In this document: positions 63,256 through 64,000 of the stretch, in pieces
How positions within the stretch are numbered: the stretch's first letter is position 1
Layout of the letters: each line of letters begins with the position of its first letter
Assembly: GCA_017407835.1 (NCBI GenBank)
Contig: JAFQVV010000012.1
Span: 19,010-83,009 of the forward strand
Direction: 5' to 3'
Length of the DNA stretch: 64,000 bases
From: Clostridia bacterium
Lineage (GTDB): Bacteria; Bacillota; Clostridia; Oscillospirales; CAG-272
Position numbers and translations under genes: made by a program
The notes under the pieces: generated by a model
Database searches by the model: none
Seen by the model: the letters and a program-made list of their open reading frames with translations, nothing else
What the model was told of the DNA's origin: nothing

Positions 63256-64000
63256 ATTAAACTTTGGACGATTTTGCTGGCTTTGTTTTGCTTCAGCCTG
63301 CTGATTTTGATTCACGAGGGCGGACATTTCTTTTTCGCCCGTCGTTTCGGCGTCCCCGTCAAAGAATTTTCGATTGGGATGGGGCCGAAGATCCTTTCGC
63401 GAAAATCCAAAAAATATGATACCGTTTATTCGATTCGTGCTCTTCCCATTGGCGGATTTGTCAGCATGGTGGGAGAGGACGAGGTATCGGATGACGAAAA
63501 TGCGCTCGGGCGAAAGCCCGTCTGGCAGCGCATGATCATCACAGCTGCCGGCTCGGCGATGAATATCGTCATCGGTTTCCTTGCCATGTTCATCCTTATG
63601 CTCTCGGCCGATGGCTTGGCATCAACCACCATTGCCGACTTCAGAGAGGGAGCAATCAGCCCGCAGTACGGTCTGCAGGTTGAGGATAAGGTGCTTGAGG
63701 TCAACGGTGAGCGGATGCACACGGGGTATGATCTGATCTACGCCATTACCCACGCGGGGAATGCACCGATGGATTTTCTGGTTGAGCGTGACGGCGTGGA
63801 GGTGCTGCTCGAAGATGTGATTTTTGCGACTTCAACCGAGGACGGCATTGTGTTCGGTGAGTACGATTTCACGATTTACGGCTATGAAAAGACCTTGCCC
63901 CGCCTGCTCGAACATTCCTTCTGGCGTTCGGTGCTGGCGGTGGAGATGGTGTGGGATTCGCTGGTGGATTTTGCTTCCGGGCGGTATACCATAGATAGTG
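63256..64000 (+). CDS. rseP: RIP metalloprotease RseP (M50 site-2 protease), 3' end outside window; start codon uncertain
   Basis: This ORF is not in the supplied track because it runs off the window. My translation gives ..WTILLALFCFSLLILIHEGGHFFFARRFGV.VKEFSIGMGPK... (HExxH) followed by a PDZ-like segment (QVEDKVLEVNGERM). GGGAGGA sits at 63242-63248. The only in-frame codon at SD spacing is ATT at 63256; the next option is TTG at 63274. Confidence 0.8.
   Translation, partial: MKLWTILLALFCFSLLILIHEGGHFFFARRFGVPVKEFSIGMGPKILSRKSKKYDTVYSIRALPIGGFVSMVGEDEVSDDENALGRKPVWQRMIITAAGSAMNIVIGFLAMFILMLSADGLASTTIADFREGAISPQYGLQVEDKVLEVNGERMHTGYDLIYAITHAGNAPMDFLVERDGVEVLLEDVIFATSTEDGIVFGEYDFTIYGYEKTLPRLLEHSFWRSVLAVEMVWDSLVDFASGRYTIDS

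Noticed and set aside
1-64000. Search for tRNA, rRNA, CRISPR, transposase, integrase or prophage signatures and obvious riboswitches
   Set aside because: The largest intergenic gaps are roughly 250-270 nt and are explained by promoters, leaders or terminators. No cloverleaf-like or rRNA-like sequence and no recombinase motif was seen. Riboswitch absence cannot be proven without a covariance-model scan.

Overview
The window looks like a chromosomal segment of a relatively high-GC Firmicute. Gene content suggests Clostridia, possibly Oscillospiraceae-like; this is inference from SLH wall protein, YlmC/YmxH, ecfA1-ecfA2-ecfT-truA and rpsB-tsf-pyrH-frr-uppS-cdsA-dxr-rseP, not a search result. It is densely coding, with 57 CDS called in about 10 strand blocks, and most of it is housekeeping. 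I saw no rRNA, tRNA, CRISPR array, transposase, integrase or phage gene. Many long ORFs in the six-frame track are antisense shadows of real genes and are rejected. Most operon ends carry clear rho-independent hairpins, and several near-consensus sigma-A promoters with 17-nt spacers are visible. Best candidates for something not yet described: (1) a three-gene module at 10998-16234, made of two ABC exporter half-transporters that each carry a paralogous ~190-aa N-terminal cytosolic extension ending in a CxxC-x10-11-CxxC zinc ribbon, bracketing a DUF1854-like soluble protein, with a divergent XRE regulator and small protein next to it; (2) a minus-strand cluster asnB / ATP-grasp ligase / Asp-Glu racemase / MurE lacking the DAP-specific Arg (22313-27761), which reads as a Lys-D-Asp(D-iAsn) peptidoglycan cross-bridge pathway; (3) a ClpE-like AAA+ unfoldase followed 1 nt later by a full-length P-type-ATPase-like protein whose catalytic motifs are all degenerate (51020-56078). 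Smaller points are an M14-like pseudopeptidase, an AT-richer SLH wall-protein gene built from a Trp-rich repeat, a DUF951-YfhO-RuvA-RuvB operon with overlapping stop and start codons, and a possible ATT start for rseP. All family names come from motif recognition in the supplied translations; no database search was possible.
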